From NCBI RefSeq assembly GCF_009914755.1, contig NC_060929.1: a stretch of DNA of 64,000 bases. One strand, written 5' to 3'. The notes beneath the pieces are model-generated. The model saw only the letters and a list, made by a program, of their open reading frames with translations, had not been told where the DNA came from and did not search any database. Positions within the stretch are counted from its first letter, which is position 1. Each line of letters begins with the position of its first letter. Below are positions 28,401 through 42,357 of this stretch, piece by piece. Origin of the DNA: the human T2T-CHM13v2.0 reference genome, Homo sapiens. The position numbers and the translations under genes were made by a program.

Positions 28401-31400
28401 ATCCTACAAAAAGACTGTCTCAAATCTGCTCTATCAAAAAAACGGTTGCATTCTGTGAGGTGAATGCACACATCAGAGAACAGTTTCTGAGAATGCTTCT
28501 GTCTACGTTGTATGTGAAGATATTTCCTTTTCCATCCTAGGCCTCAAATCGCTCCAAATATCCACTTGCAGATAGTACAAATAGACTGTGTCAAAACTGC
28601 TCTCTCAAAAGGAAGTCTCAATTCTGTGAGTTGAATGCACACATCACAAAGCAGTTTCTGAGCATGCTTCTGTCTAGTTTGTATGTGAAGATAGTTCCTT
28701 TTCCCTCATAGGCCTCAAAGCGTTCCAAATATCGACTTGCAGATACTACAAAAAGACTGTTTGAAAACTGTTCTCTCAGAAGGAAGGTTCAACTCCGTGT
28801 GTTGAATGCACACATCACAAAGCAGTTTCTGAGAATGCTTCTGTCTAGTTTGTAAGTGAAGATATCCCCTTTTCCATCATAGGACTCAATTCGCTCCAAT
28901 TATCCACTTGCAGATACTAGAAAAAGACTGTTTCAAAACTTCTATCTCAAAAGGAAGGTTCAACTCCGTGAGTTGAATTCACACATCACAAAGCAGTTTC
29001 TGAGAATGATTCAGTGTAGTTTGAATGTGAAGATATCCCGTTTACAACAAATTCCTCAAAGAGCTGCAAATATCCACAAGCAGATTTTACAAAAGCAGTT
29101 CTGCAAAACTGCTCAATCAAAGGAAAAGTTCAACTCTGTGAATTGAACACACACATCACAAAGGAGTTTCTGAGAATGCTTCTGTCTAGTTTTTATGTGA
29201 AGATATTTCTCTTTCCACCATAGGCAACAAAGCACTCCAAATGAACATTGGCAGATTCTACTAAAAGTGTGTTTCAACACTGCTCTATCAAAAGAAATGT
29301 TTAACTCTGTGATTTGAATGCACTCATCACAACGAACTTTCTGAGAATGCTTCTGTATAGTTTTTATATGAAGATAACCGTTTCCAACGAATTCCTCAAA
29401 AAGTTCCGAATATCCACAAGCGGATTCTACAAAAGACTGTTCCAATACTGTTCTATAAAAAGACAGATTCAACTCAGTTATTTGAATGCACACCTCTCAG
29501 TGAAGTTCCTGATAATGCTTCTGTCTAGTTTTTATTTGAAGATATTTCCTTTTCCACCATATTTTTCCAAGCACTCCAAATGAACACTTGCAGATCCTAT
29601 AAAAAGACTGTTTCAAAACTGCTCTATCAAAAGAACGGTTCTACTCTGTGAGGTGAATGCACACATCACAAAGCAGTTTCTCAGAATGCTTCTGTCTAGT
29701 TTTTGTGTGAAGATATTTACTTTTGCATCATAGGCCTGAAATCGCTCCAAATATCCACTTGGCGATACTACAAAAAGACTGTTTCAAAACTGCTCTCTCA
29801 AAAGGAAGGTTCAACTCTGTGAGTTGAATGCACACGTCACAAAGAAGTTTCTGAGAATTCCTCTGTCTAGTTTGCTTGAAGACATTTCCTTTTGCCTCAT
29901 AGGCCTCATATCGCTCCAAATGTCCACTTGCAGATACTACAAAAAGACTGTTTCAAATCTGCTCTCTCAAAATAAAGGTTTCATCCTGTGAGGTGAATGC
30001 ACACATCACAAAGCAGTTTCTCAGAATGCTTCTGCCTAGTCCTATGTGAACATATTTCCTTTTCCATCATAGGCCTGAAATCGCTCCAAATATCCACTTG
30101 CTGATACTACAAAAAGGCTGTTTCAAAAATGCTCTCGCAAAAGGAAATTTCAACTCTGCGGGTTGGATGCACACATCACAAAGCATTTTCGGAGAATGCT
30201 TCTGTCTAGTTTTTATGTGAAGATATTGCCTTTTCCATCTTAGGCCTCAAATCGCTCCAATTATACACTTGCAGATACTACCAAAAGACTGTTTCAAAAC
30301 GGCTCTTTCAAAAGGAATGTGCTACTCTGTGAGTTTAATGCACAAATCACAAAGCAGTTTCTGACAATGCTTCTGTCCAGTTTATATCTGAAGTTATCCC
30401 ATTTACAGTGAATTCCTCAAAGAGCTCCAAATATACACAAGCAGATTCTACAGAAGCAGTGTTTCAAAACTGCTCTAAGAAAGGAATGTTTCAACTCTAT
30501 GAATTGAACACACACATCACAAAGGAGTTTCTGAGAATGCTTCCGTCTAGTTTTTATATGAATATAATTCTTTTTCCAACATAGGCAACAAAGAACTCCA
30601 AATGAACACTTGCAGATTCTAAAAAAATCTGTGTTCCAAAACTGTTCTATCAAAAGAAAGGCTCAAGTCTGTGAGTTGAATGCACACATCACCAAGCAGT
30701 TTCTGTGAATGTTTCTGTCTAGTTTGTATGTGAAGATATCCCGTTTACAACGATTTCCCCAAGAGCTTCAAATATCCACAAGCAGATGCTACAAAAACAG
30801 TGTTTCAAAACTGCTCTATCAAAAGAATGGTTCAACTCTGTGAATGGAACACACATATCAAAAAGGAGTCTCTGAGAATGCTTCTGTCTAGTTTTTATGT
30901 GAAGATGTTTCTTTTTCCAGAATAGGCAACAAAGCTCTCCAAATGAACACTTGCAGATTCCACAAGAAGACTGTTTCAACACTGCTCTATCAAAAGAATT
31001 GTTCTAGACAATGAGTTGAATGCACACATCACAAAGAAGTTTCTGAGAATTCTTCTGTCTAGTTTGTATGTGAAGCTATCTCCTTGTCCATCTTAGGCCT
31101 CAAGTCGCTCCAATTATCCACTTGCAGATAATACAATCAGACTGTTTCAAAATTGATCTCTCAAAAAGAAGGTTCAACTCTGTGAGTTGAATGCACACGT
31201 CACAAAGCAGTTTCTGAGAATGCTTCTGTCTAGTTTGTATGTGAAGTTATCCCGTTTACAACGAATTCCTTAAAGAGCTCCAAATATCCACAAGCAGATC
31301 CTACAAAGGCAGTGTTTCAAAACTTCTCTATCAAAAGAACGGTTCAACTCTGTGAATTGAACACACACAAAAAGGAATTTCTGAAAATGCTTCTGTCTAG

Positions 31401-34400
31401 TTTTATGTGAAGATATTTCTTTTTCCACCATAGGCAGCAAAGCGCTCCAAATGATCACTTGCAGATTCTACAAAAAGTGCGTTGCAACAGTGCTCTATCA
31501 AAAGAAAGGTTCAAGTCTGTGAGTTGAATACACACATCACCAAGTACTTTCTCCGAACGTTTTGGTCTACTTTTTATGTGAAAATACCTGTTTCCAACGA
31601 ATTCCTCAAAGTGTTCCAAATATCCACAAGCAGATACTACAAAAGGAGAGTTCCAATACTGCTCTATCAAAAGACAGTTCCCACTCAGTTAGTTGAATGC
31701 AGACATCTCAATGAAGTTCCTGAGGATGCCTCTGTCTAGTTTTTATGTGAAGATATTTCCTTTTCCACCGTATTCTTCCAAGTGCTCCAAATGAACACTT
31801 GCAGATCCTACAAAAAGACTGTTTCAAAACTGCTCTATCCAAAGAAAAGTTCCACCCTGTGAGGTGAATGCACACATCACAAAGCAGTTTCTCAGAATGC
31901 TTCTGTCTAGTTTTTATGTGAAGATATTTCCTTTTCCATCATAGGCCACAAATCGCTCCAAATATCCACTTGCCGATACTACAAAAAGACTGTTTCAAAA
32001 CTGCTCTCTCAAAAGGAAGTTTCAACTCTGTGAGTTGAATGCCCACATCACGAAGCAGTTTCTGAGAATGCTTCTGTCTAGTTTGAATGTAAAGATATAC
32101 CGTTTACAACGAATTCGTCAAAGAGATCCATATATCCACAAGCAGATTCTACCAAAGCAGTGTTTCAAAACAGCTCTTTCAAAGGAAAGGTTCAACTCTG
32201 TGAATTGAACGCACAAATCACAAAGGAGTTTCTGAGATTGCTTCTGTCTAGTTTTTATGTGAAGGTATTTCTTTTTTTACCATTGGCAACAAAGCGCTCT
32301 AAATGAACACTTGCAGATTGTACATAAAGTGTCTTTCAACACTGCTCTATCAAAAGAAAGTTCCAGTCTGTGAGTTGTATGCAGTCCTCACAAAGAAATT
32401 TCTGAGAATTCTTGGGTCTACTTTTTATGTGAAGATACCCGTTTCCAACGAATTCCTCAAATTGTTCCAAATATCCACAAGCAGATAGTACAAAAGGCGT
32501 GTTTCAGTACTGCTCTATCAAAAGACAGTTTCAACTCTGTTAGTTGAATGCGCACATCTCATTGAAGTTCCTGAGAATGATTCTGTCTATTTTGTATGTG
32601 AAGATATTTCCTTTTCCGTCTTAGGCCTCAAATCGCTCCAAATATCCTCTTGCAGATACTACAAAAAGACAGTTTCATAACTGCTCTCTCAAAAGGAAGG
32701 TTCAAGTCTGTGAGTTGAATGCACACATCACAAAGCAGTTTCTGAGAATGCTTCAGTCTAGTCTGTATGTGAAGTTATCCCATTTACAACGAATTCCTCA
32801 AAGCTCTCCATATATCCACAAGCAGACCCTAGAAAATCAGTGTTTCAACAGTACTCTATCAAAAGAAAGGTATAACTCTTTTAATTGAGCACACACATCA
32901 CAAAGGAGTTTGTGAGAATGCTTATATCTAACTTTTATGTGATGATACACATTTTTCCAGCATAGGAAACAAAGCACTCCAAATGAACACTTGCAGATAA
33001 CACAAAAAGTGTGTTTCAACACTGCTCTATCAAAAGAAAGGTTAAAGTGTGTGAGTAGAATGCACACATCACAAAGAACTTTCTGAGAATGCTTGGGTCT
33101 ACTTTTCATGTGAAGATACCCGTTTCCTCAAAGAGCTCCAAATATCCACAAGCAGATTCTACAAAAGGAGTGTTTCAACACTGCTCATCACTCTGTTGGT
33201 TAAACGCATACATCTCAACGAAGTTCCTGAGAATGCTTCTGTCTAGTATTTATGAGAAGATATTTCCTTTTCCATCACTGGCTTCAAAGCGCTGGATATG
33301 AACACTACAGATCCTATAAAAAGACTGTTTGAAAACTGCTCTATCAGAAGAGCGGTTCCACACTGTGAGGTGAAAGCACACATCACAAAGCAGTTTCTGA
33401 GAATGCTTCTGTCTAGTTTTTATGTGAAGATGTTTCCTTTTCCATCATAGGCCTCAAATCGCTCCAAATATCCACTTGCAGATACTACAAAACGACTGCT
33501 TCAAAACTGCTCTCTCAAAAGCAATGTTCAACTCCGTGAGTTGAATGCACACATCACAAAGCAATTTCTGAGAATTCTTCTGTCTAGTTTGTATGTGAAG
33601 ACATTTCCTTTTCCATCATAGGCCTCTAATAGCTCCAAATGTCCACTTGCAGATACTACAAAAAGAATATTTCAAAACTGCTCTCTCAAAAGGAAGGTTC
33701 AATTCTGTGAGTTGAATGCACACATCACAAAGCAGTTTCTGAGAATGTTTCTGTCTGGTTTGTATGTAAAGATATCCCGTTTACAAAGAATTCCTCAAAC
33801 AGCTCCAAATATCCTATCCAAATATCCAAATATCCGAATATTCTACAAAAGCAGCGGTTCAAAACTGTTCTATCAAAATAAAGGTTCAACTCTGTGAATT
33901 GAACACACACATCACAAAGAAGTTTCTGAGAAGACTTCTGTCTAGTTTTTACGTGAAGATATTTCTTTTTCCAAGATAGGCAACAGAACTCTCAAAATGA
34001 AAACTTGCAGGTCCTACAAAAATGTGTTTCAACACTGCTCTATGAAAAGAAAGGTTCAAGTCTGTGAGTTGAAGGCACACATCACAATGCACTTTCGGAG
34101 AATGCTTCTCTCTAGTTTGTATGTGAAGATATTGCCTTTTCCATCTTAGGCCTCAAATCGCTCCAGATATACACTTGCAGATACTACAAAAGATTGTTTC
34201 AAAACTGATTTTTCAAAAGGAATGTTCAACTCTGTGAATTGAACACACACATCACAAAGGAGTTTCTGAGGATGCTTCTGTCTAGTTTTTATGTGAATAT
34301 AATTCTTTTTCCGCCATAGGCAACAAAGCGCTCCAAATGAACACTTGCAGATTCTACAAAAAGTGTGTTCCAAAACTGCTCTATCAAAAGAAAAGCTCAA

Positions 34401-37400
34401 GTCTGTGAGTTGAATACACATTACCAAGCAGTTTCTGAGAATGCTTCCATCTAGTTTGTATTTGAAGATATCCCCTTTACAACGAATTCCCCAGAAGCTT
34501 CAAATATCCGCCAGCAGATTCTACAAAAGCAGTGTTTCAAAACTGCTCTATCGAAAGAAAGTTTCAACTCTGTGAATGGAACACAAACATCACAAAGGAG
34601 TCTCTGAGAATGCTTCTGTCTAGTTTTTATGTGAAGATGTTTCTTTTTCCAGAATAGGCAACAAATCGCTCCAAATGAACACTTTCAGATTCTACAAAAA
34701 GTCATTTTCAACACTGCTTTATCGAAAGAAATGTTCTAGACAGTGAGGTGAATGCACACATCACAAAGCAGTTTCTGAGAATGCTTCTGTCTAGTTTGTA
34801 TGTGAAGATATTTCCTTTTCCGTCTTAGGCCTCAAATCGCTCCAGTTATCCACTTGCACATATTACAAAAAGACTGTTTCAAAACTGCTCTCTCAAAAGG
34901 AAGGTTCAACTCTGTGAGTTGAATGCACACGTCACAAAGCAGTTTCTGAGAATGCTTCTGTCTAGTTTGTCTGTGAAGATATCCCGTTTACGACGAATTC
35001 CTTTTAGATCTCCAAATATCCACAAGCAGACTCTACAAAGGCAATGTTTCAATACTGCTCTATCAAAAGAAGAGTTCAACTCTGTGAATTGAACACACAC
35101 ATCACAACGGAGTTTCTGAGAATGCTTCTGTCTAGATTTTATGTGAAGATATTACTTTTTCCACCATAGGCAACTAAGCGCTCCAAATGGACATTTGCAG
35201 ATCCTACAAAATGTGTTTCAATACTGCTCTATGAAAAGAAAGGTTCAAGTCTATGATTTGAATGCACACATAACAAAGAACTTTCTGAGAATGGTTGGGT
35301 CTAATTTTTATGTGAAGATACCCGTTTCCAACGATTTCCTCAAAGATTTCCAAATAACCACAATCTGATTATACAAAAGGAGTGTTCCAATACTGCTCTA
35401 TCAAAAGACAGATTCAACTGTTAATAGAATGCACACATATCAATGAAGTTACTGAGAGTGCTTTTGTCTAGTTTGTATGTGAAGATAGCTCCTTTTCCAC
35501 CTTAGGCTTCAAAGCGCTCCTAATGAAAATTTTCAGATCCTACAAAAAGAATGTTTCAAAACGGCTCTATCAAAAAAACGGTTCCAATCTGTGAGGTGAA
35601 TGCACACATCAGAAAGCAGTTTCTCAGAATGCTGCCGTCTAGTTTTTATGTGAAGATATTGCATTTTCCATCAAAGGCCTCAAATTGCTCCAAATATCCA
35701 CTTGCCGATACTACAAAAAGACTGTTTCAAAACTGCTCTCTCAAAAGGAAGGTCCAACTCTGCGAGTTGAATGCACACATCACAAAGCAGTTTCTCTGCA
35801 TGCTTCTGTATAGTTTGTACGTGAAGTTATTTCCCTTTCCATCATAGGCATGAAATCGCTCCAAATATCCACCTGCAGATACTACAAAAAGACTGTTTCA
35901 AAACTGCTCTCTCAAAGGAAGGTTCAATTCTGTGAGTTGAATGCACACATCTCAAAGCAGTTTCTGAGAATGCTTCTGTCTGGTTTGTTTGTGAAGATAT
36001 CCCCTTTACAAACAATTTCTCAAAGAGCTCAAAATATCCACAAGCAGATTCTACAAAAGCAGTGTTTCAAAACTGCTCTATTAAATGAAAGGTTCAACTC
36101 CGTGAAATGAACACACACATCACAAAGGAGTTTCTGAGAATAATTCTGTCTAGTTTTCATATGAAGATATTTCTTTTCCCACCATAGGCAACAAAGCGCT
36201 CAAAATGAACACTTGAAGATCTTACAAAAAGTGTGTTTCAACACTGCTCTATGAAAAGAAAGGTTCAAGTCTATGAGTTGAATGCACACATCACAAAGCA
36301 CTTTCGGAGAATGCTTCTGTATAGTTTGTATGTGAAGATATTGCCTTTCCCTCTTAGGCCTCAAATCGCTCCAAATATCCACTTGCAGATACTACAAAAA
36401 GAGTGTTTCAAAACTGCCCTTTCAAAAGAACGGTTCAACTCTGTGAGTTGAATGCACACACCACAAAGCAGTTTCTCAGAATGCTTCTGTCTAGTTTGTA
36501 TCTAAAGATATCCCATTTACAATGAATTCCTCAAAGAGCTCCAAATTTAAGCAAGCAGATTCTACAAAAGCAGTGTTTCAAAACTGCACTAAGAAAGGAA
36601 AGGTTCAACTCTGTGAATTGAACACACAAGTCTGATAGGAGTTTCTGAGAATGTTTCTGTCTAGTTTTTATGTGACTATAATTCATTTTCCACCATAAGC
36701 AACAAAGCGCTACAAATAAACACTGGTAGATTTTACAAAAAGTGTGTTCCAAAACTGCTCTATCAAAAGAAAGGCTCAATTCGGTGAGTTGAACGCACAC
36801 ACCACCAAGCAGTTTCTGAGAATGCTTCTGTCTAGTTTGTATGTGAATGTATCCCATTTACAATGAATTCCCCAAAGGTCTTCAAATATCCACAAGCAGA
36901 TTCTACAAAAGCAGTGTTTCAAAACTGCTCTATCAAAAGAAAGGCTCAAGTCTGTGAGTTGAATGCACACATCACCAAGCAGTTTCCAAGAAAGCTTCTG
37001 TCTAGTTTGTATGTGAAGATATCCAGTTTACAACGAATTTCACAACAGCTTCAAATATCCACAAACAGATTCTACAAAAGCAGTGTTTCAAAACTGCTCT
37101 ATCAAAAGAAAGGTTCAACTTTGTGAATGGAAAACACACATCACAAAGGAGTCTCTGAGAATACTTCTGTCTAGTTTTTATTTGAAGATGTTTCTTTTTC
37201 CAGAATAGGCAACAAAGCTCTCCAAATGAACACTTGCAGATTCCACAAAAAGACCGTTTAAGCACTGCTCTATCAAAAGAAATGTTCTACACTGAGAGTT
37301 GAATGCACACCTCACAAAGCAGTTTCTGAGAATGCTTCTGTCTAGTTTTTACGTGAAGATATTTTCTATTCCACCATATGCCTGAAATCGTTTGAAATAT

Positions 37401-37809
37401 CCACTTGCCGATACTACAAAATGACTGTTTCAAAACTGCTCTCTCAAAAGGAAAGTTCAACTCTGTGAGATGAATGAACACATCACAAAGCAGTTTCTAA
37501 GACTGCTTCTGTCTAGTTAGTATGTGAAGACATCCCGTTTACAACGAATTCCTCAAAGAACTCAAAATATCCACAAGCAGATTCTACAAAGGCAGTGTTT
37601 CAAAACTGCTCTATCAAAAGAAACGTTCATCTCTGTGAATTGAACACACACATCAAAAAGGAGTTGCTGAAAATGCTTCTTTCTAGTTTCTATGTGAAGA
37701 TATTTCTTTTTCCAGCATAGGCAACAAAGTGCTCCAAATGAACACTTGCAGATTCTACAAAAAGTGTGTTTCAACATGGCTCTATGAAAGGAAATGTTCA
37801 AGTCCCTTA

Positions 37810-39170
37810 GTTGAATGCACACATGACAAAGAACTTTCTGATAATGCTTGGGTCTACTTTTTATGTGATGATACCTGTTTCCAACGAATTCCTCAAAGAT
37901 TTCCTAATATCCACAAGGAGAATCTACAAGAGGAGTGTTTCAATACTACTCTATCAAAAGACAGATTCAACTGTTAGTTGAATGGACACATCTCAATGAA
38001 GTTCCTGAGAGTGCTTTTGTCTAGTTTTTATGTGAAGATATTTCCTTTTCCACCTTAGGCTTCGAAGCGCTCCAAATGAACACTACAGACCCTACAAAAA
38101 GACTGTTTCAAAACTACAGTATCAAAAAAACGTTTCCACTCTGTGAGGTGAATTCACACATCACAAAAGAGTTTCTGAGAATGCTTCTGTCTAGTTTGCA
38201 TGTGAAGATATTTCCTTCTCCATCATAGGCTGCAAATCGCTCCAACTATCCACTTGCAGATATTACAAAAAGACTGTTTCAAAACTGCTCCCTCAAAATG
38301 AAGGTTCAACTCTGTGAGTTGAATGCACACATCACAAAAAAAGTTTCTGATAATGGTTCTGTCTAGTTTGTATGTGAAGATACTACCTTTTCCATCATAG
38401 GCCTCAATTCGCTCCAATTATCCACTTACAGATACTACTAAAAGACTGTTTCAAAACTGCTCTCTCAAAAGGAAGGTTCAAGTCTGTGAGTTGAATGCAC
38501 ACATCACAAAGAACTTTCTGAGAATGCTTGGGTCTACTTTTTATGTGATGATACCTGTTTCCAACGAATTCCTCAAAGATTTCCTAATATCCACAAGGAT
38601 AATCTACAAGAGGAGTGTTTCAATACAGCTCTATCAAAAGACAGATTCAACTGTTAGTTGAATGCACACATCTCAGTGAAGTTCCTGAGAGGGCTTTTGT
38701 CTAGTTTTTATGTGAAGATATTTCCTTTTCCACCTTAGGCTTCAAAGCGCTCAAATTGAACACTACAGATCCTACAAAAAGACTGTTTCAAAACTACTAT
38801 ATCAAAAAAACGGTTCCACTCTGTGAGGTGAATGCACACATCAGAAAACAGTTTCTGAGAATGCTTCTGTCTAGTTTGTATGTGAAGATATTTCCTTTTC
38901 CATCATAGGCTGCAAATCGCTCCAACTATCCACTTGCAGATACTACAAAAAGATTGTTTCAAAACTGCTCTCTCAAAAGGAAGCTTCAACTCTGTGAGTT
39001 GAATGCACACATCACAAACCAGTTTCTGAGAATGCTTCTCTCTAGTTTCTATGTGAAGATATTTCCTTTTCCATTGTAGGCCTCAGTTTGCTTCAATTAT
39101 CCACTTGCAGATACTACTAAAAGACTGTTTCAAAACTGCTCTCTCAAAAGGAAGGTTCAACTCGGTGAGT
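37810..39170. repeat. Tandem duplication of a 4-monomer (680-bp) unit
   Basis: The private string GTGATGATACCTGTTTCCAACGAATTCCTCAAAGATTTCCTAATATCCACAAGGA occurs at ~37865 and ~38545. ATAGGCTGCAAATCGCTCCAACTATCC occurs at ~38225 and ~38905. Confidence 0.85.
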
Positions 39171-42117
39171 TGAATGCACACTTCACAAAGCGGTTTCTGA
39201 GAACGCTTCTGTCTAGTTTGTATGTGAAGATATCCCGTTTACAACGACTTCCTCAAAGAGCTCCAAATATGCACAAGGAGAATTTACAAAAGCAGTGTTT
39301 CGAAACTGCTCAATCAAAAGAAAGGTTCAACTCTGTGAATCGAACACACACATCACAAAGGGGTTTCTGAGAATGCTTCTGTCTAGTTTGTATGTGAAGG
39401 TATTTCCTTTTCAATTATAGGCCTCAATTCGCTCCAATTATCCACTTACAGATACTACTAAAAGACTGTTTCAAAACTGCTCTATCAAAAGAAAGGTTCA
39501 AGTCTGTGAGTTGAATGCACTCATCAAAAAGAAATTTCTGAGAATGCTTAGGGCTACTTTTTATGTGAAGATACCCATTTCCAACGATTTCCTCAAAGAG
39601 TTTCAAATATCCACAAGCAGATTCTACAAAAGGAGTGTTTCAATACTGCTCTATCAAAAGAGAGATTGAACTCTGTTAGCTAAAGGCAGAAATCTCAATG
39701 AAGTTCCTGAGAATGCTTCTGTCTAGCTTTTATGTGAAGATATTTCCTTATCCACCATATTCTTCCAAGCGCTCCAAATGAACACTTGCAGTTCCTACAA
39801 AACGTCTGTTTTAAAACTGCTCTATCAAAAGAACAGTTCCACTCTGTGAGGTGAATGCACACATCATAAAGCAGTTTCTGAGAGTGCTTCTGTCTACTTT
39901 TTATGTGAAGATATTTCCTTTCCATCATAGGACTGAAATCGCTGCAAATATCCACTTGAAGATACTACAAAAAGACTGATTCAAAACTGCTCTCTCAAAA
40001 GAAAGGTTCAACTCTGTGAGTTGAATGACCACATCACAAAGAACTTTCTGAGAATGCTTGGGTCTACTTTTTATGTGAAGATACCCGTTTCCAACGAATT
40101 CCTCAAAGAGCTCAAATATCCACAAGCAGATTCTACAAAAGCAGTGTTTCAAAACTGCTCTATCAAAAGAAAGGTTCAACTCTGTGAATTGAACACACAC
40201 AACACAAAGGAATTCCTAAGAATGTTTCTTTGTAGTTTTTATGTGAAGATATTCCTTTCTCGACGATAGGCAACAAACTTCTCCAAATGAACACTTGCGG
40301 ATTCTACAAAAAGTGTGTTTCAACACTGCTCTATCAAAAGAAAGGTTCAAGTCTATGAGTTGAATGCACACATCAGAAAGCAGTTTCTGAGAACGCTTCT
40401 GTCTAGTTTGTATGTGAAGGTATTTCCTTCTCCATCTTCAGCCTCAAATCACTCCAAATATCCACTTTCAGATATTACAAAAAGATAGTTTCAATGCTGC
40501 TCTCTCAAAAGGAAGGTTGAACTCTGTGAGTTGAATGAACACATCACAAAACAGTTTCTGAGAATGCGTCTATCTAGTTTGTATGTGAAGATATCCCGTT
40601 TACAACGAATTCTTCAAAGAGCTCCAAATATCCACAAGCAGATTCTACAAAAGCAGTGTTTCAAAACTGCTCTATCAAAAGAAAGGTTCAACTCTGTGAA
40701 TTGAATACACACATCAGAAAGGAGTTTCTGAGAATGCTTCTGTCTGGTTTTAATGTGAAGATATTTCTTTTTCCACCATAGTCAACAAAGCGCTCCAAAT
40801 GAACACCTGCAGATTCTACCAAAAGTGTGTTTCAACACTGCTCAAAAAAAAGAAATGTTCAAGTCTGTGAATTGAATGCACACATCACAAAGAAGTTTCT
40901 GAGAATGCTTCTGTCTAGTTTGTATGTGAAGGTATTTCCTTTTCCATCTTAGGCCTCAAATCGCTCCAAATGTCCACTTGCAGATATTACAAAAAGATTG
41001 TTTCAAACTGCTCTCTCAAAAGGAAGGTTCAACTCTGTCAGTTGAATGCACACATCACAAAGCGGTTTCTGAGAATGCTTCTGTCTAGTTTGTATGTGAA
41101 GATACCCCGTTTACAACGAATTGCTCAAAGAGCTCCAAATATCCACAAGCAGATACTGCAAAAGCAGTGTGTCAGAACTGCTCTATCAAAAGAAAGTGCA
41201 GCTCTGTGAATTCAACAGACACATCACAAAGGAGTTTCTGAGAATGCTTCTGTCTAGTTTTTTTATGAAGATAATTCTTTTTCCACCATTGTCAACAAAG
41301 TGCTCCAAATGAACACTCGCATATTCTACAAAAAGTGCATTTCAACACTGCTCTATCAAAAGAAAGGTTCAAGTCTGTGAGATGATTGCAAACATAACAA
41401 ACTACTTACTGAGAATGCTTGGGCGTACTTTTTATGTAAAGATACCAGTTTCCAAAGAATTCCTCAAAGAGTTCCAAATATCCACAAGCATATTCTACAA
41501 AAGGAGTGTTCCAATACTGTTCTATCAAAAGACAGATTCAACTCTGTTAGTTGAATGTGCACATCTCAATGAAGTTCCTGAGAATGCTTCTGTCTAGATT
41601 TTATGTGAAGAAAATTCCTTTTCCACCATACGCTTCAAAGCTCTCCAAATGAACACTTTCAGAACTTACAAAAAGACTGTTTCAAAACTGCTCTATCAAA
41701 AGAACGGTTCCACTCTGTGAGATGAATGCACACATCACAAAGCAGTTTCTGAGAATGCTTCTGTCTAGTTTTTATGTGAAGATATATCCTTTTCCATCAT
41801 AGGCTTCAAATCACTCCAAATATCCACTTGCAGATACTACAAAAAGACTGTTTCAAAACTGCTCTCTCAAAAGGAAGTTTAAACTCTGTGAGTTGAAAGC
41901 ACACATCAAAAGCCGTTTCTGAGAATGCTTCTGTCTAGCTTGTATGTGAAGATAACTCGTTTACAACGAATTCCTTAAAGAGCTCCATATATCCACAAGC
42001 AGATACTACAAAAGCAGGGTTTCAAAACTGCTCTATCAAAAGAAAGGTTCAACTATGTGAATTGAACTCACACATCACAAATGAGTTTCTGAGAATGCTT
42101 CTGTCTAGTTCTTTTTT

Positions 42118-42131
42118 TGTGTGTGTGTGTG
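42118..42131. repeat. (TG)7 microsatellite at the L1 tail/satellite junction
   Basis: The sequence reads TTTTTTTGTGTGTGTGTGTGAAC. Confidence 0.8.
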
Positions 42132-42357
42132 AACATTTTTCTTTTTTTTTCTGTTATTAGACTTTAAGATTTAGGGTACATGTGCACATTGTGCAGGTTA
42201 ATTACATATGTATACATGTGCCATGCTGGTGCGCTGCACCCACTAACTCGTCATCTAGCATTAGATATATCTCCCTATGCTATCCCTCCCCCCTCCCCCC
42301 CCAAAACAGTCCCCAGAGTCTGTTATTCCCCTTCCTGTGTCCATGTGATCTCATTGT

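Larger units (their letters stand above)
18431..42110 (-). repeat. Alpha satellite layer 2 (diverged A/B family with five recurring monomer types), left part
   Basis: ~171-bp period with diagnostic motifs absent from layer 1: CCCGTTTACAACGAATTCCTCAAAGAGCTCCAAATATCCACAAGCAG, GGCAACAAAGCGCTCCAAATGAACAC, GCTTGGGTCTAC, AGAACGGTTCCACTCTGTGAGGTG and TTCCATCATAGG. Confidence 0.95.
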
